The translations under genes and the position numbers were made by a program. From positions 63,426,001 through 63,490,000 of the forward strand of contig NC_042999.1 in the NCBI RefSeq assembly GCF_006345805.1: a stretch of 64,000 nt of DNA, written 5' to 3'. The stretch is from Octopus sinensis (Eukaryota). The notes beneath the pieces are model-generated. The model saw only the letters and a list, made by a program, of their open reading frames with translations. It ran no database searches and was not told the origin of the DNA. Of the stretch, positions 51,408-63,853 are shown piece by piece; the first letter of the stretch is position 1, and each line of letters begins with the position of its first letter.

Positions 51408-51465
51408 TAGATAGATAGATAGATAGATAGAGATATATATGGTAGGTGGTAGGTAGGTAGGTAGG

Positions 51466-51546
<81 letters not shown>

Positions 51547-52012
51547 TATAGGTAGGTGGTAGGTTAGGTAGGTAGATAGATAGATAGAAGATAGATAGAT
51601 AGATAGATAGTAGATAGATAGTAGATAGATAGATAGATAGATAGATAGAAGGCCTGTCAGTGAGTGGTTGGCCTTCATGTCAACTACTGAACGATCAAAA
51701 GCACATCTGTGTTCGTCCTCATAACTTTTGTAATTATTATTTCTTATTAGTTAATTTCAATAGATTGCTCTCTTTTCATAAAACACCAAATTAGTCTTCC
51801 ACTGAGGAAGCAAAAAGATGATCCCTGATCGAGTAGATCATTCCAGTCATGACCATCCATCCTTTGTTATCTATGACTTCATTTTCATAACTATCAGCTT
51901 CTGGTATGATTGCATCGTTAGCTTTACGTGTAATTCGATATCCTTCGCTATTCTAATTTGGAGAATTGGCTTTGTATCATATTATGCAATATGCAATATG
52001 CTTCATATATAT

Positions 52013-52046
<34 letters not shown>

Positions 52047-52204
52047 GCTCGTTGCCAGATTTCCAACGTTTGTAATTCCTTTGGTTTATTTCCTGGAATT
52101 ATTATATATTACTCAATTCCGTGTATGTATATCACATCAAATATATTGACGTAAGCAGGTATTTCCTTTACAGACAAATTGTGGTTGTGCAATAGCATCA
52201 AGGA
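50054..52204. repeat. Large inverted repeat (arms 50054-50427 and 51855-52204) around a microsatellite-filled spacer
   Basis: Arms are near-identical reverse complements, each with an internal (TA)n. Confidence 0.9.
50680..51650. repeat. Compound (GAAA)n(GACA)n(GATA)n(GGTA)n microsatellite block
   Basis: Directly visible. Confidence 0.95.
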
Positions 52205-52769
52205 AGTAGAAACCATTTATTGAAGTTACTAACACAGACACCACCCTCGAGGCAATTTTCCACAAGTCATTATCAGAATATATATATTATACATGCAAGT
52301 ATTATTTATATCTGATGGGTGTGGGTGAAAATGTACATGCATACATACATACATACATACATACATACATACATACATACATACATACATACATACATAC
52401 ATACATACATTATTATGGCTGCCCCCTCGTTATCGAGTATGGCCATTGCACGAAGCTTAACTGTTACTGGTGCTGTGATCGAATGTGACTTACATACATA
52501 CATACATACAAACATACATACATACATACATATATACATACGTGTGTGTCTTTGTTTCCGTTTGTCCCCCGTCCCCGTAACTTAGCGGTTCGGCTAAGAG
52601 TTCGATAAAATAAGTACTAGGTTTTTAATAGCTACGCCCTGAGGTCGATTTGTTTGACTAAAACCCTTCAAGGCGGTGCTCCAGCATGGCCGCAGTCACA
52701 TGACTGAAACGAGTATTAGAATAAAAGAATAAAGGTACAGATACACACATGCAATAGATAGACAGATAG

Positions 52770-52835
<66 letters not shown>

Positions 52836-52838
<3 letters not shown>

Positions 52839-52970
52839 TTTCGTTATTGGTCACACAGGGCTGAACACAGAGGGGACAAATCCAAATGTAGAGCTTTACT
52901 TTTCGAAGATGGAAAAGAAACAGGAAAAAAACCAAACAAATAAAATTCCAATCAAAAGGTATCGGAAAAA
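52836..52970 (-). mobile_element. Tx1-type LINE 3' end, diverged
   Basis: ttattggtcacacagggctgaacacagaggggacaa..gtagagcttt is homologous to the 62055 and 63875 tails; abuts (GATA)n(GA)n. Confidence 0.55.
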
Positions 52971-53498
52971 AAATGTTCTGCTTGAATGTATCAAGAGCGA
53001 AGTATATGTATTTGGTTGGAACCCCCAGGTTTTCTGTTCTGATGTTTTGAAATTGTATGGTTACAAATTCATACGTTTCCAGTAACACTATCGTACACCT
53101 TATGATTATGTTATGCTACCAACCAGCATGTTACAGTGTGCTTAAGAACTCAACAGGACGTAAAACAACCCCACAAACACTAAAAACAAGGTTAAAATGA
53201 CTGACTTTATGCTGACCTTAAGGATTTTTGGGTGAACCTCCTGGCTCACACATTTTCTAGCCTCTGATCTCTGTGAAAGGTTGAAAGAGTGTTAAGTTTT
53301 TTGAATCAAACACTCTGGACAAATGATATTGATATTGTGACGTCATAAACAATATAGAAAAATTAATTATTTTGGATGAGATAAATAATTCTTAAATTGA
53401 TTTCACGCACACATACACAAAAACAGATAGGAACGCACGCACACATATATATGTATAACATATATATATATATATATATATTCAAACATATGTGCATT

Positions 53499-53546
<48 letters not shown>

Positions 53547-53569
53547 TATATTATATATATATATATATC

Positions 53570-53870
53570 TTAGTATTTAAAACTGAGAATGTGTATCTGT
53601 GTGTGTATCTGTGTGTGTGTCTGTGTGGGAATCCCTAAAACTCGAAAACTACTCAACCGATTTCATTCAAATTTTAAACATGCCTTACTTAGGGTACATG
53701 TAGTGTCATGTGCAATCCCTTATCTCTTACACTATTTCAGTATTACGTGGCAAAAGTGAAACAACAACATCTCTATCGTAATGTGAGATACTTTCAGTTT
53801 AATAGTTTCACTATTAATACTGAAACTATTAAAGTGATATATTATAGGGATGTATATGTATAGATGGACT
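53570..53870 (+). mobile_element. Helitron-like 5' fragment
   Basis: tcttagtatttaaaactgag...(tg)n...aactactcaaccgatttcattcaaatttt; no 3' end seen. Confidence 0.4.
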
Positions 53871-54478
53871 ACTGCTCCCAACTATAGTACCCACACACTG
53901 TAAAATCCACGGCGGAACTCGAAACAATTCAACGAAGCTACACTAAGAAAATCGTATCGATGCAACATATCAACTATTGGGAAAGACTGAAAGAATTAAA
54001 AAATTTTCTACCTAGAACGAAGGCGGGAAAGATATGCAGTGATACACATCTGGAAAATCCAAGAAGGCCTTGTACCAAACTTTGGCATTGAAAGTTACTC
54101 AAACTGCAGAACGGGGCGCCACTGCATAGTACCAAAGATCCCAGCAAGCCATCAAAATACAGGACCAGATACTGCAACACCTTGGGTTTCAAGGGTCCAC
54201 AGCACTTCAATATCCTTCCAAAATTCCTGAGAGACCTGCATGGTGTGGATGTAAGTATCTTTAGAACAAAACTGAATCTCTTCCTGTCAAGGGTTCCAGA
54301 TGAGCGAACCTCCTGGCAGGAAACACAGATGAGGGCAGCGGCATCAAATTCCCTTATTGACTAAATTCCACATATCAGAGGAGGTTTCAAATATTGGTGT
54401 AGCTCATTCAACGGTGGTGCCCCAGCATGACCGCAGCTTTGAAGCTGAAACATTTTTAAAGATTTAAAGATTAAAGAT
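53870..54478 (+). mobile_element. CR1-clade LINE 3' end
   Basis: ELETIQRSYTKKI...YWERLKELK...LERRRERYAVIHIWKIQEGLVPN...GPQHFNILPKFLRD...FRTKLNLFLSRVPDE; short tandem tail (taaagatt). Confidence 0.85.
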
Positions 54479-54546
54479 TTATATATCTATATCTACATCT
54501 ATCTAACTATCTATCTATCTATCTATATATCTATCTATCTATATAT

Positions 54547-54594
<48 letters not shown>

Positions 54595-54675
54595 TACATG
54601 TATCTATATATATGTATGTATATATATGCTATATATATATATATATGTATATATATATTATATATATAATATATA

Positions 54676-54748
<73 letters not shown>

Positions 54749-54759
54749 TGGTGAAAATA

Positions 54760-55144
54760 AATTTAAGACCGATGATAAAACTTCAATTTCTTACAAAATA
54801 TTTTGTTACTAACACCATGCAAACAATATTTATCTTTTACACCTTACGCAGAATTTATTTCTCTTTCTAATGATGCAGACAATAACTATTTTTATACAAC
54901 TTGAAGAGTTCTAATGCTAAATTAATATAGACGTTTCAAATTTACGGCAAAATTAGTTTAAAACCATATCATTATAATTTTATTTAAAGCTTAATATTGT
55001 AGCAAAAATGAGCAACAAGAACGAAATACATATTAGTACTTTGTGCCATAACCTTTATTCTTAATAACGGCTGGGCAGCGCCTCGGCATTGAATTCGCTA
55101 CGTGATTACAAAATTCTATGGGAATGTTTTGCCATATTTCATTG

Positions 55145-55145
<1 letters not shown>
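54760..55145 (-). mobile_element. Tc1-family transposase C-terminal remnant
   Basis: EIWQNIPIEFCNHVANSMPRRCPAVIKNKGYGTKY*. Confidence 0.75.
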
Positions 55146-55194
<49 letters not shown>

Positions 55195-55289
55195 AGAATT
55201 CGCCAAAAAAAAACAAAAGACGAACACAAGTGGTGTAGACAACAAATAGATGTATTCGTAATTAGTATAAGGCTCGGAAAGTGAAAAAG

Positions 55290-55327
55290 TATTTAACGTT
55301 TCGAGCCTACGCTCTTCCACAGAAAGG
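55290..55327 (-). ncRNA. Second copy of CUGUGGA-core hammerhead-like motif
   Basis: Minus strand CCTTT-CTGTGGA-A-GAGC-gtag-GCTC-GAAA-CGT-T-AAATA. Confidence 0.5.
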
Positions 55328-55414
55328 AACACCGAAAGAAACAAGGAGAGAAAATAAAGAATGTGTCGGGAAGATGGTGCACGTAAGTGTGGGAAGCACT
55401 GCGATCGTCTAAAG

Positions 55415-55669
55415 CAGTGGTTATTAACCAGAGTTCACATGGCCTGTGGGGGTTCACATAAGATTTTGTTGCTAAAATTTATCATTAATATATTGGTTAT
55501 ACTTCTGTAATACACATGTATTTTAACAATTTTTTATATAATTCCTAACATTTAATTATGAAAATATAGTAGGATTATTTTTTAGTATACAGCTTGTGGC
55601 TATGGAGGTCCGGTTGAGTAAAATAGGAACCAAAGGGATCTGTAGGCAAAAGATGGTTGAGAACCACGA
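55415..55669 (+). mobile_element. hAT (Charlie-like) MITE with 8-bp TSD
   Basis: TSD gtctaaag at 55407-55414 and 55670-55677; TIRs cagtggttattaacc / ggttgagaaccacg. Confidence 0.8.
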
Positions 55670-55772
55670 GTCTAAAGGAAGGAAACTCCGACAGAAACAT
55701 ATTCCTTTCAGGTTTTAAAGGATGGGAATTGGACTAATCATATGATCCCGAAAAAATTCTGATTGCAGAAAG

Positions 55773-56136
55773 TTCAAACACTCAGAAGGATTCACAATTC
55801 CTTGTAAGGGTAGTAGTTCTAAGCATGGAAAGTGATTGTGAAACCAGGTATTAACTACAGCCATTGGCATGTGTAGGGAGAGAAAGGGAGAGAGAGGGGT
55901 GGGGGGAATGCGTATGTGTGTGTGTGTATACATACATACACACACACACACTTTCCTCTTGCCACTTCATGCCAGGTGGCACAAAGCTTCCTCTCTTTCT
56001 TTCCCTAACTCTCTTTCTCTCTTCTCTCGATGCCAGCATATCAATAGCTGTAGTTTGCACCTGGTTCCACCATCACTTTCCATGCTAGGAACTACTGCCT
56101 CTCCATGGTGTTGTGGATTTTTCTGCATGTTTGAAA
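55773..56136. repeat. Imperfect inverted repeat with self-complementary microsatellite spacer
   Basis: Arms 55773-55870 and 56033-56136; spacer carries a GA run facing a TC run and a TG run facing a CA run. Confidence 0.7.
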
Positions 56137-56142
56137 TATGAG

Positions 56143-56256
<114 letters not shown>

Positions 56257-56513
56257 CTATTACACATATACCTATGTGAGTGTCTCAGAGTTACAGCCCG
56301 TGAACATCAGACGTGGAACTCATCAAGCACGCGTGTGCGCACACAAACAAACTCGCGCTTGTCGATGCATAAAACATTCTTTTTTTCTTTTTTCACCTTG
56401 CAAAATTTTTCTTGGATTCTTGCGTGTATGTATATATATGTGTGTGAGTGTATGTGTGTGTGTGCACGCGCGTGTATGTGTGCACGCGCGTGTATGTGTG
56501 CGTATATATATAT

Positions 56514-56585
<72 letters not shown>

Positions 56586-58113
56586 GATGTTTCCAAGCAA
56601 CTGACATTAAATGCATATAAATAGAAATAAACATAATACAAGAAAACAAAGTTGCCTAAAGTTACCATATTCTTCAATTAGTGATGTATGGAGGGAATTG
56701 CTTCAGCCAAACGTGTTCGAAATTGAGGCACATCCTTGCAAGGAACGGGTGAATAACAACTATTCCCTACTACACTGAACTTTAAGGGTATCTGAAACCA
56801 TTGATGTAATGGCATTTCATTCGCAAAAATATGTTAAGTCTATCTGCTGCAAACTTAGTTCGGCCCTTCTTGGCTCGAAGATAGTTCAGTCCATAAACTA
56901 GAAAAGAGCTCGGAGAGCGCAGACCATCGCCAAGCAGCTCATTTCCACCCATATACACGCATGCTGAATATCGCTCAATTTCCCAAACCAACGCCGGCAA
57001 GAACATAACCTTCTCCCATACTTATTTCGACCATCGTCATCATCAACACTGTCTCTGCTTTCACCACAATCACCGTCAAAACTACGATCACCACAATCAG
57101 TTTCGGGAAGGAATACGGTAAGGTCAGTACCACAAATCCATCGTCATGAACTGAATAATTCATTTTATCGATCCTGAAAGAAATAAAAGCAAAGTATATC
57201 AGGGTGGGATTTGAACTCAAGGCGCAGAGAGCCGGCATAAATACCACATGGTATTTCTGACGTGTCCATTTACAGTGGAAATTTTGGGATATCAAAATCA
57301 TAAATATGGAATATATTTTTTTTATTATTCTAACAGATGTAGAATTCCTTAAGTGAAATATTAATGCATATTTTGTAACAACCAAGTGACTAATTCTGAA
57401 AATATTCTGGCATTGAGTTGGAAGGAATGAAGCAAAACTACGAATTTCTTAAAAGTATAGGATTACCGAAAATTGTTAATTTTCTCATTGAAAATGTTGC
57501 GAATTATCTATTCTAACAAATGCAGAACCTGTTTCGTGAAATACTTGAATATATATATTTGCTAATTACAGTGAATAACACTCAAGAAATTTAATGCTTT
57601 CTAAGATGGCTGAAAATGGAAGATATTTCACACTTTTCTGACTGGTCCGCGTATAATGAAAATTATGGAATTTCACACATTAAAATGTTGCAATTTGTTT
57701 ATCTTAAGAGATAAACATAATCTCTTAAGCGGAATATATTAATTTACGTGTTGGAACCACCGACTGGCTAAGCCTGGAGAAATCTGGCATTAGGTTGGAA
57801 GGAATGCAGAGAAAATTAGTTGCATACGACCAACTTCCACACGGTTTCCGTCTATCCATTTCATTCACGAAGCATTATTAGAACCAGAGCTATAAAAGAA
57901 GACATTTGCTAGTAAGGTTCTTAACCATGTAGCCATACCTTTTCCATAAAATCAAATCCTGTTTAATTGATTCTAATTAATTCAAATTGCAGTGTTCTCG
58001 CCGTTCTATTCTTTATAAAAAAATTCGCAATTAAAATTTTATATACTCACTAGAGATGTAATTCTAATTAATCCAATTTTTTTACTTACTACACTAGCAA
58101 TTGTTTTCCATAC

Positions 58114-58144
<31 letters not shown>

Positions 58145-58202
58145 TGTATGTATGTATGTATGTATGTATGTGTATGTATATATCTATCTGCATCTCTCTC
58201 TA

Positions 58203-58236
<34 letters not shown>

Positions 58237-58496
58237 AAATTACAATTAATAAGAGGAATGACCACTAAAGTGGATTCCTTTATGCTAAAGATAGACGTCA
58301 AATCTCCTTATCACAAAACCCTCCTTCTTTCCTTCTTTCCTGAGCGTCCAATAACATTATACTTGTTCCACGTCCTCGCGTTGTTGTGTTTTCTCTTTGT
58401 ATTTTCATGTTTGGATTAACTTTATATATTATATATATATATACACACACACAAACAAATACACACACACAACGAGAGAGAGAGAGAGAGAGAGAG

Positions 58497-58562
<66 letters not shown>

Positions 58563-58654
58563 CGGTGAAATACCTAGTACAGATACAGTTGGTGATATTT
58601 TTCTAATCAGATATATTTGAAAAAGCAAAATCAAGTCAAGATCATAGGACATCA

Positions 58655-58790
58655 ATTACATCGACTTTAAAGCTGCTTTGGACTTGATCCAGAAGCCCTT
58701 ATGGATGAAGAAAACAGCCACAGGAATAAACGACTGCATATCGCGAATTATAGAGGTACTGTACAATAATATTGAACCTGCCCTAGACAT
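58655..58790 (+). mobile_element. RTE-type RT micro-fragment
   Basis: YIDFKAALDLIQKPLWMKK...ISRIIEVLY. Confidence 0.45.
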
Positions 58791-59275
58791 GTATAGTTAA
58801 GTGACTTGAGTTTAAGCACCAAAATAACCATCATGGATTTATTTATTTATTTTCTACTCTGCGCGCGTAAGCGAAAGTAAGGTATTGTAATCACTCGTCT
58901 TTGTCTGTGTGTTTGCAAAATTACTGGAAAACGGCTGAACAGATTTTCACCAAATTTGGCAGAAATATTCATTGGATGAGTGGCTTGAAATGATGAACAT
59001 TTGGTGTGATTATCATTAAAATAAATAAATAAATAAACAACTAAGAACTCGAACTTACAATTTTCCCGATAAGCAAGTGATCATATTTTGTTCACTTTGT
59101 TTTTCATATGAATTGACCCACGTCTGCGTGTGAATAGATCATAGAGTGCCTATGCGTGCATACATACATAAATACATACATAGATATGCGATTGTGTGTG
59201 CGCGCGTGTACAGTGATGGACTCGAGGGTTTCGTTTATTTACGACTTGATTTCACCGGAGTATAAATGCCTATAC

Positions 59276-59900
59276 AGTAATCCCTCGACTATCGCGGCAG
59301 TTACGTTCCACAAAACCCTGCGATAGGTGAAAAGGCGTGAAGTAGAAGCAGTACCCTACTGTATATATTTTTTATTATTTTTGTAATTTGTATATATTTA
59401 GGCGCAGGAGTGGCCGTGTGGTAAGTAGCTTGCTTACGAACCACATGGTTCCGGGTTCAGTCCCACTGCGTGGCACCTTGGGCAAGTGTCTTCTACTATA
59501 GCCTCGGGCCGACCAAAGCCTTGTGAGTGGATTTGGTAGACAGAAGCTGAAAGAAGCCTGTCGTATATATGTATATGTATGTGTGTATATATTTTTGTGT
59601 GTCTGTGTTTGTCCCCCCAACATCGCTTAACAACCGATGCTGCTGTGTTTACGTCCCCGTAACTTAGCGGTTCGGCAAAAGAACCGGATAGAATAAGTAC
59701 TAGGCTTACAAAGAATAAGTCCTGAAGTAGATTTGCTCGACTAAAGACGGTACTCCAGCATGGCCACAGTCAAATGACTGAAACAAGTAAAAGAGTATAT
59801 TAGAGTATATTATAAATGCAAAACAACACCACGGAAGAATCGACGTAAGCTTAAATAATAAACTGCGATAGGTGAACCGCGATATGGCAAGAAATAACTG
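59276..59900 (+). mobile_element. pogo/Tigger-like MITE interrupted by a SINE
   Basis: TA|cagtaatccctcgactatcgcgg ... ccgcgatatggcaagaaataactg|TA. Confidence 0.6.
59400..59797 (+). mobile_element. SINE family A (CORE-like)
   Basis: Full-length copy. Confidence 0.9.
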
Positions 59901-60537
59901 TAATGGTGGTACTTAAAAAAAAAAATTAAAATATTCATTGCGAAAAAATTTATCTGCGCGCAGGGTATGCATCGCCCCCTCAAATGCCTTTTTTTTTTTT
60001 CTCATTAACTTTTATTTTCAAAATATTTTAAAGGCAAATAGGCTGTGCTAACAATAAAAGTATTCTAAAGCGAAATACAGAGTAAATTCTTAACATTCTG
60101 AATGGAACCAAAGTCGTTTTTAAAACGAATTTATAAGTCTGACATCTGTGACCTTTGACTTTCATTTTAAAATATCTCTGAAATGTCTTTTAAAAAGTAC
60201 ATATAAAAAGTATATAAATACGAATTAAAAATATAGGGTAAAAACCTGACAAATAATTATGTTTATCTTAGTATCTGTATTCCCGAACTAAAAATACATC
60301 TTTGGTTCGAGAAGATCTATTAGAAAATATAACATGGATTGTTTCTTTAGAATCCTTATCACACTGAATGTTTATATGAACAGAAACTGTTTTAGATATT
60401 TTAGGTGTGTCAAGCTTAAGACAAGGTCATCTCTTCAGTATCTATATCTATATTTATCTTTGAGCCTGACTATATTTAGCCACGACTATGTCGCTGGGGA
60501 GATAATATAGATCAATATACTCCTAAATTTAAAAATC

Positions 60538-60701
60538 TCGTAGGAGTGGCTATGTGGTAAGTAGCTTGCTTACCAACCACATGGTTCCATGTTCAGTCAC
60601 ACTGCGCGGCACCTTGAGCAAGTGTCTTCTACTATAGCCTCGGGCCGACCAAAGCCTTGTGAGTGGATTTGGTAGACGGAAACTGAAAGAAGCCCGTCGT
60701 A
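60538..60701 (+). mobile_element. SINE family A, 5' half
   Basis: Head and CORE-like segment, running into (TA)n. Confidence 0.8.
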
Positions 60702-60706
60702 TATAT

Positions 60707-60752
<46 letters not shown>

Positions 60753-60845
60753 ATATATCTAATTAACTATTGCTTCATTCCTCCAATTCACTCTCTATTT
60801 CGTATCTTATCTCAATTGACTATTGCTCAACCATTTTCTCACACC

Positions 60846-60892
60846 GTCTCTGATGAAGGGATATTTAAATATCCTGGAAACAGCTGTAAGAC
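60846..60892 (+). ncRNA. Minimal type I hammerhead ribozyme in PLE-type tail
   Basis: GTCT-CTGATGA-AG-GGATAT-ttaa-ATATCC-TG-GAAA-CAGCTG-TA-AGAC; palindromic stem III ACAGCTGT, GUA triplet. Confidence 0.7.
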
Positions 60893-61007
60893 CTTTTATT
60901 TATAAATGTTCTAAAATCTTCATACCCTTGGTTTTTTTATCTCATCCTGAAAAAGATTATATATATATATATATATATATATAAACACACACACATACAT
61001 ATATACA

Positions 61008-61043
<36 letters not shown>

Positions 61044-61399
61044 TGTATGTATGTATGTATGTATGTATGCATGCGTGCATTTATGTATAATACATTACAT
61101 AATGCAAATAAAGAACACTATCAGATCACCGAAACATTATCACATCAAGAGTTCAACTCTACATATTACACACGAAATTCACTCTTTATATACACAATAT
61201 ATGAAGGGCAGGAACTGAACAAAATTACATTGATTTGGTCAGTAAAAAGTAAAACGTCGAGAGAAAGGCCCCAATACAGTGTACAATCTCTCCTGGTGGC
61301 TCCTGACACCTGATGAAGTCCGTTTGTTGCGCTATCAATTGGCAGCACTCGCATAAGCTAGCTGTTTGCAAGTTTCTTAAAGAAGTCTTCTGTATAATT

Positions 61400-61800
61400 C
61401 AGGTGAATGGAGTGGAATATGAAGAGAAGAAACGCTCATTTAGGGAGAAGTTTCAAGTTCGAATATGATGTGTTGCTCTTTATGTTTCTTGTAATGTGGT
61501 TAGTGGACATGGATATTGAGACCCCATTAAGGGAATGACCTGATTTATTGAAATGGTGTGAACAGAAATGGTTGACCCAGAGAGCGTTGGAGAACACTAC
61601 GAAGATGGTCATGGAAGCGATTACCAAGAGTTTCGTTTCGTGGAGGCCAAGGCAGAATTTGCATGCAATGCTGTATATGATGTCGACAGATATGCAATTT
61701 CTGTTTTTGGTAATTTTGTTTTAAGACAGATGATTATTGTGGTGTTATTGTGTGTCTGCGTGCCTGTACATGATCTTGTGTATGAGTCTAGGGTATCCAT
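61400..61800 (-). mobile_element. PLE GIY-YIG endonuclease remnant
   Basis: NCISVDIIYSIACKFC...SHHFNKSGHSLNGVSI resembles the PLE C..NVIY.I.C..C...HFN..GHS motif. Confidence 0.55.
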
Positions 61801-61819
61801 CTCGGAGTTTCAGACAATT

Positions 61820-61848
61820 TAGGATAGACAGACAGATTGATAGGTAGA

Positions 61849-61894
<46 letters not shown>

Positions 61895-61917
61895 TACAGA
61901 CAGACAGACAGACAGAC

Positions 61918-61977
<60 letters not shown>

Positions 61978-62054
61978 CGATAGATAGATAGATAGATAGA
62001 TAGATGGATGGATGGATGGATGGATGGATGGATAGATAGATAGATAGATAGATA
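61820..62054. repeat. (GATA)n/(GACA)n/(GGAT)n microsatellite
   Basis: Directly visible; contiguous with the Tx1 3' tail. Confidence 0.95.
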
Positions 62055-63853
62055 TGTTTCTTTATTAGCCACACAGGGCTGCACACAGATAGAACAAATT
62101 ACAAGGTAGAGCTTTTCTTTTGGGGGTAAAAAAAGGAGAGTGGTGTTTTTCGATCAAAAGGGATCGTAAAAGGAAGGAAAAAGGACAAAAAAATGGGAGG
62201 GGTTAAAAAAAGGGGGGGGAGAAAAAAAATGAATAATAGGGATCGTTATCACAGAAATGTCAATATGAAGTGTAAAGGGGAGGACAGGTGAGGTTTACCC
62301 GTGGAAAGAAAAGCCTACGGAAAAGACCACGGTAACCTCGGTCAATGAAGTCACATGTTATATTTCTTTTTTTTTTTGCAAATAAGCAACTCTTTGTATT
62401 AATTTTTATGGTTCATAGAATCATAGTCAAGGTGGCTTCGTCATTCATACGTGCCATCCTTGCTACATTCACCCATCTTTTTTTAAAACATTCACTAGAC
62501 AAAACGTGCCTCTCTACTCTCACTTTCCTCTTCAAGTGATACTTGAAGAAGTTGATGAGAGATTGACCAGAGAGGAAAGTGTTTGTCTCTAATCCTTTCA
62601 GGCGCGTCCACCAGATACATTCTTTCGCCGACCCGCTCGATGTGCTCGTGGCTTGACACTATGACGGTGACGTCGTCCGCGTATGCAGACACGCTCGTCC
62701 CGCATCCCAATTCTCGCGGGATGCCCCTTAGAGTCGCCAGCTTCCGCAGTAGTGGCTCAAGAGTCAATACGTATAGAAGCGCCGAGAGGGGGCATCCCTG
62801 ACGGACCGAACGTGCAATGTCGAAAGGTCTCGATAGATGTCCATTTACGCGAATTACCGAACGGATGCCTCTGTACAAGGCAGCTATCCAGCCGCGGAAG
62901 ACGGGACCGAAACCAGCCGCTCTCAGGACTGCCTCCAAGTATCGATGGTCTACCCTATCAAAGGCTTTCGATTGATCCAAGTTGATCAGGGCCCCACCCA
63001 TGCCAGGTTGGTTAACTACCCTGTCTATGATGTAGCGCATCAGATGGAGGTTGTCATGGATGCTCCGGCCCGGCACGGCGCACGTTTGTGCGTTGTCGAC
63101 CAGTTTCTCGATGACAAGCGCCAACCTCTTGGCTAACACCTTTGTCAAAATTTTCAGGTCTGCATTGAGCAGCGTGATTGGTCTAAAGTTATCTATAATG
63201 TTTCCCTTGTTTGGATCTTTCTTTAGCAGAGTTACAGCTCCTCGACTCACAAAACCGGGTATGCTCCCGTTTTGCTGCCAGTTGCAGTATACCGCTGCCA
63301 AGACGTCTCCAAACAAGTCTGGCATACAATTGTAAAACTCGTAGGGTAGACCATCCAAACCCGGTGATTTGTCCCTCGAGCATTCTGCTATCGCTTCCTG
63401 CACTTCCGCCGCCGTGATGGCACCTTCGCAGCACCTTGCCTTTCTTGTCGAGAGTCGTGGCAGGCTATGTAGGTAGGCACTGAAGTCCACCCTACGTTCT
63501 TGCCCTCCACTCGTCCCGAACAGTCGGGCAAAATGCTGCTGAAAGGCCTCACACATTTTACTTGGCTCGAGCAATTCGCGCCCCTGTTCATCTACCAGTG
63601 ACCGAATGGTGGCTTTGTTGCCCTGTTGCGCCTCTGCCACCCGAGCCTCTCTCGCGGCTCCAACACCTTCGTTCCTTAGAGCACGCATCCTAGCTCTGAC
63701 AGCACATCCTTCGTGTTTGGCGTTGAAGTGTTGGTCGAGGGCCAACCTCGCCGCCAAAACGTCGGATGCGATGCCGCTTCTAATTGCCTCTTCTAGCTTC
63801 TTAACTAGCTCACCCTCTACTCTATTTCTATCTATGGCTAGTGCTTTGCTGTA
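62055..63853 (-). mobile_element. L1/Tx1-clade LINE, 5'-truncated and internally deleted (RT domain + C-terminus + 3' UTR)
   Basis: KSPGLDGLPYEFY...FRPITLLNADLKIL...LDQSKAFDRVDH...SVRQGCPLSALLY...YADDVTV; C-terminal frame KECIWWTRLKG...TLTMIL* (stop at 62413); AATAAA then (TATC)n. Confidence 0.92.

Noticed and set aside
48934-53345. Two TGACGTCA (CRE) palindromes at 48934 and 53338 as regulatory sites
   Set aside because: Both lie in copies of the same dispersed repeat; no evidence of function.
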